From Phoronis australis (lineage: Eukaryota; Animalia; Phoronida), in NCBI GenBank assembly GCA_002633005.1, contig NMRA01000649.1, forward strand, positions 108,807 through 172,806: a stretch of 64,000 nt of DNA, in the 5' to 3' direction. The notes under the pieces are model-generated. The model saw nothing but the letters and a program-made list of their open reading frames with translations. It was not told the origin of the DNA and did no database searches. The stretch's first letter is position 1; the number at the start of each line of letters is the position of its first letter. Both the position numbers and the translations under genes were made by a program. This document shows, piece after piece, positions 12,857 to 26,665 of this stretch.

Positions 12857-12871
12857 CTGTTACTGGTTCTG
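12857..12871 (+). CDS. Candidate 15-nt microexon in the endophilin linker
   Basis: ttaattttttatttccag|CTGTTACTGGTTCTG|gtcagt; phase 1 to 1; adds AVTGS. Confidence 0.55.
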
Positions 12872-13191
12872 GTCAGTTGGTTGGGCTGTTACATATTGTG
12901 CTGCTGTGTGTCAAATATTGGAGATTTTTATTATCCAAAACAGTATGAATCTTTGGAAAAGTCGAGAAGTTAAAAGTAAAACAGTAAAAACCATTAGCTC
13001 ATGCGGTTAGCAATATTTATGACTGCTGCCAAAAACATAAATATAGTCTTCTGAAATTACTGCTTTGTCAACAAATTGTTAGATAAGTTACCTGGAGAAG
13101 ACTTTTGACATTGCTAGATAAACGTTCGTCATTTTCATAGTAGAATACGGTTTCAAGCTTTGTCATGTACCTTAATTATTTCTGGTTCCAG

Positions 13192-13376
13192 TTAAAAAGG
13201 CTCAGTGCGTCGGTCTGTATGACTTTGAACCTGAGAATGAAGGGGAGTTGGGCTTCAGAGAGGGCGACACGATCATGCTGATTTCTGAGATAGATGACAA
13301 CTGGCTGGAGGGGACCCTCAATGGGGTGACCGGCTTCTTCCCCAAAAACTATGTGGATATTACTGTACCTCTCTGA
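13192..13376 (+). CDS. SH3GL: Endophilin A last coding exon (SH3 domain)
   Basis: ttccag|TT AAA...; encodes [61 protein letters not shown]. Confidence 0.97.
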
Positions 13377-13502
13377 CGGTCTTCAACAAGATAACAGCAG
13401 GAAGAGACTGAGTAATTGTTGGAAAATAAAAATGGCATAACTTGGTATTTGTTAGTTAATGTCCCAAAAGTCTGACGGAACTTTTACCGACAAGCGGGTT
13501 CT

Positions 13503-14064
13503 CTTAAAGTTATGTAGGACTCTGGAAAGATTCCAAATTTGGCCAACTTTGGAACATCATCTCTCAGAAATGGCTATGGCCTTCATATTAAACTGTCAGG
13601 TGTGCTTTATGCAATATTCTACAAAATGGCTTTGGGAATTGTTTTTAATATGCTCCAATTTTGCATGAGGGGCTATCAAAAATTGGACGTTTTTATGATT
13701 TTCGTGAAAAAGTTGCATGCAACAAGAACAAATTTAGAAAATTGTAATAGCGTTTTTGAGATTTCATCCTGAACCTTTGCAGCAAATGCCAATTTAGTCA
13801 CGTTATCAATGATTTTGTCTTGCTATCATTGATTATAATTCTTTTTGCTAAATTCTAAGAATGTCATGTGGCCCAATAAATGGCAGATTGGTCAAAAATC
13901 AAGTTATGCAGGCTTCCTACTTTATGTACATTCATAAAGTTACAACCAACAGTTATGTAGGTAAATCCGCAGACTTGTTTATACGGTCCTACATAACCTT
14001 GAGTGAAAGGTTGTCTTCTGCAAAGTTGTGTACAGTGGAGTGTCCAATGTTGATTTTAGACTTA
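13503..14064. mobile_element. Dispersed repeat in the endophilin 3' UTR; related copy at ~22008-22528
   Basis: Shared blocks CCAAATTTGGCMAACTTTGGAACATCAT and AGCGTTTTTGAGATTTCATC; TTAA near the ends. Confidence 0.7.
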
Positions 14065-16235
14065 ATCTTAGCTGGGTATATATAAGTGAGGTGATCAGAC
14101 TTTGCTTTAAACTTGGCTGAAAAGTTGACCGCTCACTTGGCTCGTTTTTAGCGCGCTTTTGAATTTCGCGCCACGTGATTGGTCAGCTTTTGGAGCTAGT
14201 CGTGTTTAAATAATCAAGTGTATTTGGTGTACTGGTGGTTTTTATCGATTGTACCAACAATTATTGCGTACCATAGCAGATTATTTACAAGATATTCCGT
14301 ATATTAGATGCTAGCCATATTGTTACTTATTCCGTATCTATCGTCATATTTTTTTGATTTATAACCCGCATTGCTTAAACACAGGGTGGCAAAAATTCAC
14401 AATTTTTGACATATTGCCAAAATTGGTGTTTAATCCTATTTCAAAGGCTCGCGACTCGCTCAAAGTTCTGCCAAATGTGGATCTGTGAATCCTGTATGGT
14501 ATCAATAGTGCTGACAACAAAGCAAAACATTTTTGTTGAGCCAGTTGGAAAGATGATTTTTTTTCTTTTCGCCATATAATGTGTCTCGAACTGAAGAATT
14601 CTTGCCATACGTGTTAGCTTGTTAGAGATCATTCACACTCGTCATTTTCAAGAATGTACAAAAAAGTTGAAATTTTTATAGGTGAGGATTTGTTTTCGTT
14701 GTCGGTTTTGTGTTGACGTTAGCCACGCGAAAGTGCCAGGATGTCCTCGTCAAAGAATCTTGGAGATATTAGAGCAGTTAGGTGTTTCAGGATGTGTGAA
14801 AACCAATAAATAAAACATTAAATTTCGATTTTTCGCATCACCAGTTTTGTGGCACCAAAGTATGCGCCGCTAACCTCAGCCCGCACACTTTCTAAAGCGT
14901 AGGTTTTGTACACTCTTGAAGGTGGCAATGTGAATGGTCTCTTAGGTACCAATAGTAGGAATTGGCAATCATAAGTCTCCTCTGGGCTCAGGCAGAGTTT
15001 TATTTTTTCTATCTTTATTGCATTTATTTTGTTTGTATTTCTTGATTGTGCTGGGTTCTGACATTCCTTGCTTTATGCCTGGTTATTAAGAGAAAGAAAA
15101 ATTAGAATGTGCCTGTAGACGTCCTTGGTTTGATGTGCTGATGTCCACTGTCATTTGCCCGCTACCGCTCATCCGCACGCTAAGTCAAACATGTGTTTGG
15201 CGTTGGGGCGAGGGTGAGGGAAACTTTACCCTAACAACTCTTCACCTCTGGTCAAGTTTTGCCCCTGCACACAAGAGGGCGCTTGATCACACTCACCTAG
15301 TTCTCCCCCTGTCAAACTGACGCCTGTGACCTCTGTAGGTTGTCGGATTGTTTTGAGGTTATTTTGAAGCTAACTAGACCTGTTATTACATGTTAACTTT
15401 GCAATAACCATTCAAGGGTAGCCCTTGAAGATGTTTGATGTATTCAGAAGTACTGGGTGTATTAAAGTCTCACTTGGGCCTAACTACTAATTAGGTGGAG
15501 CCACGAAACTACAAAATTGACTAAACTGGGATAAATTAACTCGTTTTTAATGTTTTTAGTCACCATCCGATAGATGCAACTTGATAATTTGATAACGCGA
15601 GCTGTTTACTTAGTGATGGGTGAATCTTCCCGGTGAAACAATCAAGTCTACTCCATGGTATTATTGTGTAGATAGGACTGCGAACTCTCGTTGTATTAAA
15701 AAAAACAGGGTTGGACCCTAAAACGTGTATCCCAATGATGGCTAAAGAGATGACGCTGTTTGGGACTTTAATCTTGAGGAGATTTATAAAGACTGCTGTA
15801 CTGTCCACACTGAAGTGGTCTGTGATCGTTGATGTACAAAGATGTCTCGCATTAAAATAGACATTGGAGATGATGGTATATAAAGAGGTGCACATTACTT
15901 GTCAACTGTTGAAATGCTTATGTGGTTAGATAAGACACTGGGCATACTCATTCCATTGTTAGACAGGCTTGTGGATCTAGAGTTTAACTATGTCCACTAT
16001 GACACAGTGGTTAAATCACGGTAGAGGTCGGTATCACTGCACTTGGACAAGGCACAACTTTGATATCAGCCTTAGTCATATAGAGTTCAAGATCAAAGTA
16101 ATCAGAGAAAATACCGTTTTCCCGGAGATGGCGGCTAATTCTGTTATCAGCCAAAATTATTCCTTAGTTTGGCTTTGTTGTGTGGTAAAGTGTTGTTTAG
16201 TGACGGGAGTGAAGGGCTGTGTTGAATGTGCTTGG

Positions 16236-17876
16236 TGAGCTCTGAAACTGAAATGGAGACCTTCTTTGCTGATATGTTATGCAGCCATTTGTTGTTGGAG
16301 ATCTAGGTGTGTTTTGTAAACAATACCGTAAGGCCAGTACCTCTAGGTCAATTTTAGTCAGCAGTACAATTAGTATTTATTGCTTTGTATATTGGCTCAT
16401 AGCTTATTGGAAATAGTAATGCTTTGTTAATTCCAGACATTGAAAATTATTTTCTTACAAATTAGGGTCTTACGTGAAGTTCTGCCATAACTGGTACTTT
16501 TATTATTGAAGCCATGCGCATGTCTAATTAAATGATGTTGAAAGTTCAGATCTCAAACTGCCGTAATGCAGTTTAGACCTGATTAATGAAGCCATCGAGC
16601 AAGTAGCGAACTTGACTCAATCTAAAGTGTGTAGCGTGTGAATTGACGGATGTATAGTGGCCTCTAGAAAGATTCCATCTTGAGACATCGACCAAAAGAT
16701 GGCGCTGTATGTGGCTAAAAGAAATGTACCCAACTTCATGGCCTCTGAAATTATGGAATCACTTTCCTAAAGAAAAAAAATTATCACATGTCAACAACAA
16801 GTGGTGAAAATTTCACTGTCGTAAATGGAAGATAGTCTGCTAATGCTCAACGTCTAGTTTTATTTCACCCAATGTGATGACGGGAAATTTTGGTAATATA
16901 TTCTTTGAGCTGGATCTCATTCGTCAGTCCTAGGACTTGTGATTTTAGTTTTACTAACACCTGCATGTTTGTAAGTAGTGTTTCGAGAATGTCTAAAATA
17001 AAAACGATAGACCTACCTTCAGTGTTCTTTAGTTTGGAATGAGCCACGGCGGGAGGCGGTNTGAGCTCTGAAACTGAAATGGAGACCTTCGGCTGACATG
17101 TTATGCAGCCATTTGTTGTTGGAGATCTAGATGTGTTTTGTAAACAATACCGTAAGGCCAGTACCTCTAGGTCAATTTTAGTCAACAGTACAATTAGTAT
17201 TTATTGCTTTGTATATTGGCTCATAGCTTATTGGAAATAGTAATGCTTTGTTAATTCCAGACATTGAAAATTATTTTCTTACAAATTAGGGTCTTATGTG
17301 AAGTTCTGCCATAACTGGTACTTTTATTATTGAAGCCATGCGCATGTCTAATTAAATGATGTTGAAAGTTCAGATCTCAAACTGCCGTAATGCAGTTTAG
17401 ACCTGATTAATGAAGCCATCGAGCAAGTAGCGAACTTGGCTCAATCTAAAGTGTGTAGCGTGTGAATTGACGGATGCATAGTGGCCTAAGGTTCCAGCTC
17501 GAGACATCGACCAAAAGATGGCGCTGTATGTGGCTAAAAGAAATGTGCCCAAGTTCATGGCCTCTGAAATTATGGAATCACTTTCCTAAAGAAAAAAAAT
17601 CATCACATATCAACAAGTGGTGAAAATTTCACTGTCGTAAATGGAAGATAGTCTGCTAATGCTCAACGTCTAGTTTTATTTCACCAAATGTGATGACGGG
17701 AAATTTTGGTAATATATTCTTTGAGCTGGATCTCATTCGTCAGTCCTAGGACTTGTGATTTTAGTTTTACTAACACCTGCATGTTTGTAAGTAGTGTTTC
17801 GAAAATGTCTAAAATAAAAACGATAGACCTATCTTCAGTGTTCTTTAGATTGGAATGAGCCACGGCGGAAGGCGGT
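16236..17876. repeat. ~820-bp tandem duplication (16236-17060 / 17062-17876) joined by a single N
   Basis: Near-identical copies with scattered SNPs and indels; N at 17061. Confidence 0.95.
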
Positions 17877-19901
17877 CGCAAGTGCCTGGTGGAGCGGATA
17901 CAGGATGTTTGGAAGGCCGGGAAGTTGGTGTGATAAAACATGTAGTTGAATAGTCTAATCGCGACAAAGGGGGGAGGGGACTTCGCTGCTGCGTATAATT
18001 CAGTCGAACTGTTCATTAGCTGATCTGAATCCCAAAGTGACACGTTGCCCTTGATCTGCCCATGTGGGACAAGTACAAACTGAATACCTGTGCGCTTCAG
18101 TGATTCAAGGGATTAAAAAATAACTTCTGTCCGTGTCTTCTGCACATGGCCTTCGGTAGTTCGATTGGGACTGGAATAAATTTTCTATTGGCGACCAAAA
18201 CCTTTGTAAACGCGTGTTATAGATTTTAATCTTGAAAGTTGTCTCGTATAACTCGGGCCAAAATCAAAGTATTTGTGATCATAATGTTTGAAAACAAGTT
18301 AAAATTCCTATTTCGGGCTCCATTTTGTTAAAATCTACACAATGAATTTTAAAGCATAACTCCTTTATTAAAACGTCTTCCCATATTACTGGCGTTTTCG
18401 CTTCTAAGTGTGAGCGTGTCAGTCGAACAGTTTGTGTACGGACTAGACCCGGCGTTTCATGTAGGACTATTAGGAAAAATCAGTGAGCGTTCGACAGCAG
18501 ATGGTCATTCCCAAATGCTATGTAAACTGAAAATTATTGAGCGACGGGCTAAGTATGCCGACAATTGAAGTCCACTTTTTTAGCAAATGGGTTTGTGGCC
18601 GTGTTTTATGCACCGGTTTTTCCAGAAACTGCATACTACTTCCATTGTTGTAATAAACGACCCCTTTCGAGAATCCAAGTCTCATTTTTTATCTTAACGG
18701 GAAGCAGAGCTTCGCTGATACACGGTCTACGTTCATAACGGGACATTTGCTGAACATGAAATACATTACTTTATACGTGCGAAGTTCTAAATCGTCCCGT
18801 CATTTCAGCATTGCTGACTGCCCGGCCGGCCGTAGAGCACTCAACCAGGAAATAAATTGGCGCCTATTGTTGTACTCGTTTTACATACCAAAGCAATACA
18901 AACAACCGTGATCCAGATTCCCCAGTGTAAAGAAACGTACAATGGATTAATTCACAGGCTTTTGTTCAAAAGAATAGCGGTTAGTGTTTTCTGCAACCTT
19001 ATCAAGAGCTGGTACCTTTTCTACGAGCATTAACCAAATTCGACTTTTTCTCTTCGGTGTCCGCAAGACTCCGGTGTTTCTCCTGCGCATTCATAGGCTG
19101 AGGATTGAGGTAATCCGTATAACGAGTTGACGGTAGTGACGTTACGAATGAACCCAACGTATTTTTTTTTTTGAATTTCACAACATTCGTTTACAATCAA
19201 TTTTCAGATTTTACTGATAAGCTCTAATTGGTTGCTTTGAACGTCTTCTACTATATATCAACGATTTAGGAAGGCTGAAAATCTTCAAACTCTCTCTGCC
19301 TGCTTGTTTAATGTTTATTACAACTTTCGTTAGTTCCTGTCATCGACTGATTTCACGTACATTGAACGTGAACATGACAAGTACAATCTTTCCGGTTGAC
19401 ATTCCACCGCGCATCGTCTGTCGGGTAGTTCTTAAAACTCTATTTTTCATCTCCACTTGTCATTTTGTTACTGATTTAAGATTATATTTACCGCTAACTC
19501 GACCAAAGTTTTAGGTCAAAAGTGTAGACATAAAGCCATCAGTTACCATTTTATGAGGTGTACCGGATGATTGAGCAGTCTGACTTGAGCATGGTTACCT
19601 GCGCACTCTTGGTATCAACTTTATGACCAGTTCTCGTAAGTTGTACCACCACAGAACTCGTATAAAATTACTATTCTCTGGAAGTAGATACCATGATAAA
19701 GTCTGGCAACGGTGCTATCGAAGACACTATCCAGGAAATAACCCTCTTTTTCACATCGTTTTCATTTAGGCCAAGCCCTTTTGCCATACCACACACCTAT
19801 ACGGTCAATAGAAAGAACAAGTGACGCGGTGTAATACCTCACTGTCAGAAGTGGGAACGAACGACGTTGAGTAAGATTAGGAAAAGACTAAGGTGAACAA
19901 G

Positions 19902-20242
19902 ATGAGGATTTTAGCAATCGTATTACTTGTATCACTATCAGTCAGCGGACAATATGACTGTGACCCTAACACGTGCCGCCCGCCGGACTGCCTATGTGCC
20001 TCTCGAAGTCCTCCCTACAACATGCCCATCAGCCAAGTCCCCCAGATGGTGGTCTTCACCCTGGACGACGTCATCTCGGAAGGACAATTCTTTAAGGAGT
20101 TCGAGGATCTGTTTACCACACACGGAAAAAACCCAAACCAGTGCCCTGTGTTTGTGACGTTCTTCGCGTCGTTAAGCTCTGGAACAAACGAATGTATTAT
20201 GGAGAAAATTATTACCAAGGGACATGAAGTGGCGGCCTACAG
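19902..20242 (+). CDS. CE4 polysaccharide/chitin deacetylase-like protein, coding exon 1
   Basis: Signal peptide MRILAIVLLVSLSVSG; CDPNTCRPPDCLCAS; PQMVVFTLDD; NPNQCP..TFF; GHEVA; donor AG|gtgagt. Confidence 0.92.
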
Positions 20243-21641
20243 GTGAGTGACCGGAGAGGCAGGTCTTCTCGTGTGTCGCGATGTTACCCGGTGACTCTTT
20301 GAACTTGTGAATTTTTACCAATGCACTTTTACTTATGCCATGACAGCGGATTAGCAATTTGCCGGACCATTGTGTATTTGACTTAGAGACTAACAAACTG
20401 GCATGCCTGCTGTCCTGTCAATAGGCAATTTTTTATTTAGGCCATTTACTGATGTAAAGTTCGTCTCATCTCACTCCTTACTCAGATCAGAAATGATTTC
20501 TTGGCCTGAAAATAACGGTAGTGACTGGTTCTAACTACTTCAGACCAGGCTTGCGTCCCTATAACACGAGAACCAACGCAAAATCAAGCAAGCCGAGACT
20601 TCGCCATAGCGACTGAAGCACGTGGTTGCACCAGCGTCCTTCGCAAGATTCTTGCGTCTGCGGAACTCGACCCAGGCCCAGTAAGGTGCATGTCACGGCA
20701 GCTTAGTTTCAGTTAGGAAAATTACAGGAAATTTGTTGTAACAAATTTCAATTCAGTAAAGAACGCGTCGATGTTGATTAAGAAAATCAAATTAACACAA
20801 CACAGCATGACTTACAGCGACTTGGATAATTTATTTCAGTCTATTATATTTGTTCAATGTCATATTTTTCAACTCCACTTAGTAAACAAATCAAATCAAC
20901 CAATCCCCGAAACTGCGCTTTTGTAGTGATATGAGTTCACGGGGAGGTCAATTATAGTACCTATCAAAAGGGATGATTTCGTGAGATTGGGACTGTGACG
21001 TGTGACGTTAGCAGGTGAACACTAATCACTACCATAAAAGGCTATAACAACAAACAAATACTCATGATGATAGTTTTAAATGATGTACAAATCAAGTTTT
21101 TAAAATTGTTAGCAAGTGGTACAAGAAATCGAAGTTCCTTCGAAATTTTACCGTTTTACATTATCGTGTGAACTTACCCCCACTTACGGCCGTCACGTGT
21201 GACTGAAGTCATCTCTACCAGGTCGTTCGTTTAACACATACAAATGCCGAATTAAAGGTGCACGTGCTATCAATTTGCCTTCTGTAAACCATTTGCTATA
21301 GTATAAAATTGTTTTCAAACAGTTCTAAAACCAGACGGTGAACATTACCATTCATCTAGGATGGGCGGGGTAGTTGATCCTAGATCTCGGCCAAAGCACA
21401 GAGGGATTTCTCCTCGTGAGGAGATCTGGCAGGCATGTCATGGAACTATAGAAATTTCCACGATTCTATGGTCGGATCGAGCCAACAGAAATTACTTCTA
21501 ATACCAGAAAAAACAAGTTGAGTTCAATGGTCTAATTAATCAATGTTATTTTTACACTGGTAAGAGAAGGGTAAATGAGGGTAACGTCATTGATGGTAGT
21601 TTTTTATCAACACCGTCATATGAGATTATTTTTTAATTAAG

Positions 21642-21751
21642 TGTTGACCAACGAACCTCTAAAGGGTGGTGGAAGTCAGCCGAAGAAAAAGACTGGACTA
21701 GCGAGACGGCAGGATTTAAAGACAAGCTTAAGGGGAAAATACAAACGAAAC
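21642..21751 (+). CDS. CE4 deacetylase-like protein, coding exon 2
   Basis: ttaattaag|T GTT...AAA C|gtatgt; encodes SVDQRTSKGWWKSAEEKDWTSETAGFKDKLKGKIQTK; phases join exons 1 and 3. Confidence 0.88.
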
Positions 21752-22007
21752 GTATGTATACTGTCTAGCATGTATCCTGTGGGTTATTGATAGTAGGCTA
21801 AGCATGCGTCTAAAATGAAAGGTCTATCTGTAGATTTTAGGTGTCAGTGCAGTCCGTTTCCCCACCTGGGTGGACTCTGAGGTCCCGGCGTCCCCCGCCA
21901 AAGCAATCTTCTTGTACATTGAATTTTGTAAATTTACATTTGGCACATTGACAAATGTCAGAAGAATCCTATCTTCACTAGCGAATCTACGTTGGCGCCC
22001 TTCCCTC

Positions 22008-22528
22008 TTAATATCATCTGGGACCATCGAAAATGGCCAAATTTGGCAAACTTTGGAACATCATGTGATCTGATGGTATTCTTTCGAAACTTCATGACTA
22101 TTCTTTATGCAGTGCTCCGAAACGCGGTTAAGAATTGTTTTTGAAATTTTCCACTTTAGCACGAGGAAATATCAAAGACAGAATATCTATGATTTTTATG
22201 AAATAACTCAAAAGGTGGTATCGAAGGAAAAAGAAACGATTATTTAGAAAACTGCAACAGCGTTTTTGAGATTTCATCTTGAACAATTATGTCAAACAAA
22301 ATTTGGTCGTGTTATTGACACCATTATTTTGTTAAGTATGTACCTTTTTATTTGCTAAATTTAATAAAAACAAATGGTCAACTTATTCAATTCATAGTAG
22401 ATTGGTATGAAGTCAAAAATCAAATTCTAAAGGTTTTCTACTTTCAGAAAAGATGTACTTTTACAAAGTTGGAAATGGCGCCAAATTCCAAATTTTTGTA
22501 CAGACATTGTCCATGTTAAAATTTTTAA
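22008..22528. mobile_element. Dispersed repeat, related to 13503-14064
   Basis: Colinear similarity to the copy in the endophilin 3' UTR. Confidence 0.7.
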
Positions 22529-22662
22529 CATAGTCTGCAGAAATCTATCATTGCATAATTGATGTTCACAATATCTCCGCAGTTTGGCAGAACCGTTTCA
22601 CACAGACAGGACTTGCTAAAACACGTCTGGCCATAGTTTGCATTGTCTTCTTTCTGCTTCAG

Positions 22663-23351
22663 TAATCAGAGGCTGGAGAACTCCATTTCTAATAGCTGGT
22701 GGCGACACGCAGTTTAAAGTGCTGGCGCGGGAGAATTTCCTGTATGATTCAACGCTGGTAGCAGACAACGCAACTGTCGGACAGCAGCAATTTCCTTACT
22801 GGCCGTTCACCCTCGACAGAGGGTCACCACTCCAATGTTCAACGCAAACGTGTCCCCAGGGTAATTACAAAGGATTGTGGGAAGTTCCAGTTCAAATCCA
22901 CCTCGACATGGAGGACGAAGAATGCTTGTTCTTGGACCGCTGTATCAATCCGCCCAAAAATGACGAGCAAACGTTCGAACTGTTTTGGAAGAACTTCAAA
23001 CGACACAACAGCACGAATCGCGCTCCGATTATCTTTAGTCTACAAGTGGCGTGGTTAAAGAGTTCAAACAAAACGGAAGATGGGTTCAAACGATTTGTGA
23101 AAGAATTGAATAAACTTGATTACGTTTACGTGGTAACGATGTCGCAGATGATCGAGTGGTTAAAGAAACCTACTCCTCTTAATAAGATCCTTTATTTTGA
23201 ACCGTGGCAGTGTCACTTCCGCTGGAGGGGAAAAGTGACGTGTGAATTTGAGTCAAAGGACTCGTTTCTTAACAAGTATTGGTGGTTGGAGATACCCATC
23301 TTGACGCTCATATTCCTAATATTGTTTGCAAAAGACAGGGAAGACAATTAA
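22663..23351 (+). CDS. CE4 deacetylase-like protein, coding exon 3 with C-terminal TM helix (spliced CDS 1140 nt, 379 aa)
   Basis: cttcag|TA ATC AGA; IRGWRTPFL, FLYDST, YWPFTLD, GLWEVP, NFKRH..TNRAP, VTMSQMIEWLKKPTP; hydrophobic tail WWLEIPILTLIFLILFA. Confidence 0.93.
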
Positions 23352-24312
23352 GAACCGAGTCAACCACGTTTTCTTTGTAAAATATCATGCGCAGTGTTGG
23401 TCTTCTTATCGCGCATAAAGAGTCGTACATTGCTCCTTACTCATCATATTGACAGTTGACTTTTGCTGTCGAAAGGAACGGACAAATTGTTGTTGTTGAA
23501 GATGAAACTAAATGGAAAGGAAATCGTGGACTCATTAGTGTCCGACATTTTATGTACCGGAAGCAACAGTCATACCAACGGGTATTAGCCTACACTGGCT
23601 TGGCATGACAGTTCCGGCGCCATGACAAGGAGCTTAAGGTCACCGTGACATCAAACTCGTTCTCAGCACAAGTCGAGTCAACCGTAACATTTTGTAGAGG
23701 TGGACTGGGAGCGAGAGGGAATAGGTAACCGTCTGCCCAAAAACATCCGATGCCTCGCATGCCAGACACCGCGTGTCTGCGCCGGGTGTTCTTGTACTCA
23801 GACTGTACAACGCTTATGGCAAAATCTCACCCCAGTTTTGGCGTGACAAATTCATTTACCAAAATTGCCATTTTTTCCAGTTTTCAAGGGTTTCTATATT
23901 ACCATGCTGTGAATGCCCACAATTCTCCAAACTGTGTCTAATGGAAACTGCAGTGAGACAAAACTTGAACATGGAAAAACATTAACTTAGTGCGAGCAAA
24001 ACTGATAAAATAAAATTTCATATGTTGGCCATATTGTGTTCTAAATTGGTGAGATTTTACCGTACCAAACCTGTCGGTTTCCACTGGGGTTGCTTTTCCC
24101 TTGTCAAAATCGTGAGACCTAAGACCCTAAGCGGCTTTAATGTGAACATGGTTGAATCATCGTGGTCAGTGGGCACAAAGTAACGTTATCAGTTACTTAT
24201 GTACATCATAACTTTCTTTTGAACCATGTAGTGGCTGTCTGGGGGAAACTGTGTGAAAAGTTCTTAATTTCATTGCATTGTTATAAGACGTGTGAATAAC
24301 AATCATGTTTAA

Positions 24313-24606
24313 AGCGGCATTAAACCCTGGTGTCTGTCAAAAAAGTTTTGATTCAAATCCAGTCCAAAGTTTATTGGTATTGTCGTGTTCCTTGGTCGGT
24401 TTAGAAGTGAACGTTGGGCTTGGGAAGAGCTCAACGATTGCTTGTTATTTCTCCACAGAAAGAAGAAGAAATAAGAAACTATCAGTTCCTTCCAAGCTCT
24501 GAAGAGACACCTATAGTTTTTCTGTAAAGGAACAATTTGAGACCAGTTTTACAACGGGACAGAATGGCCAACACCAAAACTTGATTTTTGACTTTTTAAT
24601 GCCGCT
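24313..24606. mobile_element. Kolobok/piggyBac-type MITE
   Basis: TTAA|AGCGGCATTAA ... TTAATGCCGCT|TTAA: perfect TIR with TTAA target duplication. Confidence 0.85.
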
Positions 24607-26500
24607 TTAACAAAACGTATGAGGAAAATTTTTAGGTGTTCCATGAATTTATTAATCAGTTAGTGCATGACAAATCCGTGTGAAAGGTTCTTGATTTTAA
24701 GTTGATATAACGACTGGATCAGACAGTGTTTAACGAACCACTATTGTACACCACAAATTTATTCTTAAAAGAACATTATTCTTTTTATCGCCGAAAGTGT
24801 ATTTTAATTATTATTGCTGTTGGACAGGAAAAACGTTTTGAAGTTATTATCTTTGACCAGGCCGTTTCAAGGAACTGAGAGACTTAAAGTCTACGCACAG
24901 TAGACACAGTGCCAAATTGACACTTAAAATACATGTATTTTTGAACACTCAAATTTGTTCCTGTTGTGTTTTACTTTCCCCTGCCATTACTATTGCCGCC
25001 TATTTACTCCTACCCAAATTCGTGACCAATTCGATATTTACCCGACCAATCCGTGCGCCCTAGATATTTACCCGACCAATCAGCATTGATGGGTGTAATG
25101 ACATCATCGACACAACGTAAAGTTGTAAACAAAGTTCAATGCGTCACACATGAGCAACCGGTCTACACGATGCTTGGGAACCTAAAGTGCGCCTTGCACG
25201 GTAGGCAAATCTAATTAAAATGTTTTCATAATTCCGATTTGAAAACATCGCAACACTAGCCAAAGGTAGAACTCTTCGACGAATGCCGACTAAATGCTGA
25301 AACGCTGCGTGCTGGCAGTCTCGGGTCCCTGTTAGTCAGACAACGCCTTGTAGCAGCATGAAAGGATCGGGGACAGAACTCAAGAGCCAGTATTTGACAA
25401 TTGATGCGATCAAAAATTTAAGGAAATGTCTTTGGCAAAATCACAAAATCCAGTGAGGATGGCCTTCCGGCCAATATTGAACGGGACTAGGTCAGGTTGA
25501 ACTTCGCTAAGCCAAGAAAAAATGTGACACGACAACGTGATTTGTGGAGAGCAGTTGTATTCAGTTGTTCAAAAGAAAATTTAGAATGACGTGAACTGCA
25601 ATCATGCATTGGTAACCGAAAATTACACCTAATTTAATATTATGTCTGTCGCTTAGAATTGTCCGACCTATTTTCCATTTACAGAAAACGCGTACGTCAC
25701 GTGTGATTGTCATTCTTACTTCGCTAAATAAATGTTCGATTTTGCATTCGTAGTTGCGATATAAGGTATTTTCTATTGAAGAAAACTAATTATTTTAGCA
25801 AATGTAAATGGTACGCCCGTGCCATACGTAAATATCATAAGGTCTACGCATTTATAGAAAGATATCTGTTGGTGATCAGGTCCAATCCATGCCCAATTCG
25901 ATTGCCGGCGACTTTAAAACTTGTTGAATTTCACTTCAAAATTGAATCTGAGAACGAAAAAAAAAAAACTATAATAGAATAAGTTGAAAATGTTTACCTA
26001 CAATCGCTTATACGTCGGTTATTTTTCTAAACAGATTTTAGGCTGTTCAAGGACTCGCAAAAAGAAAGTAGGTGACTGCGATTTCAAGAATAGCCTGCAC
26101 TTTTTATTCGAGTTGGGTTTCACGGTTTCCAATACGGGACACGAGTTCACAGGCTCGATAACCAATGCCGGACTGCCTGAAGAAACCTTGCTTTTTCAGA
26201 TTTTTAAGCGATTGCTGTAATGACTGGGTCAAATCGTTTTTTAACAAAATTAGTAAGAAATGTCATTTAAAAAAAAATAACATTAAGGAACCTAACTCTG
26301 TGCAATCTTCCTTGTTTAGTGATATTGTATTGTTTTAATCTAGAAGGCTTACGGGATTAAAAAATAATAATGACTGTAGTAAAAAGATAAATGGGAAAGT
26401 CACAAAGTACAACTGAAATACTCATACAGTAATAGGAGACTGACATTTTTCATAGGGTTATGTGGGGGAGTAGCAACAAATTTTTGACAAGCAGGTCCGG

Positions 26501-26665
26501 CTACTACTATACTGACCCCTATCAAACTCGTGATCGGTGACAGTTCAATTCCAAAATTCTATTTTGGCATTCGTTTTACTCTCGTTTTTACTACTGAACC
26601 CCATCAACCTCGTGATCTGTGACAGTTCAAATTCCGAAATTCTATTTTGGCATTCGTTTTACTCT
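26501..26665. repeat. ~83-bp direct duplication
   Basis: CTCGTGATC.GTGACAGTTCAA..TCC.AAATTCTATTTTGGCATTCGTTTTACTCT occurs twice. Confidence 0.85.
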
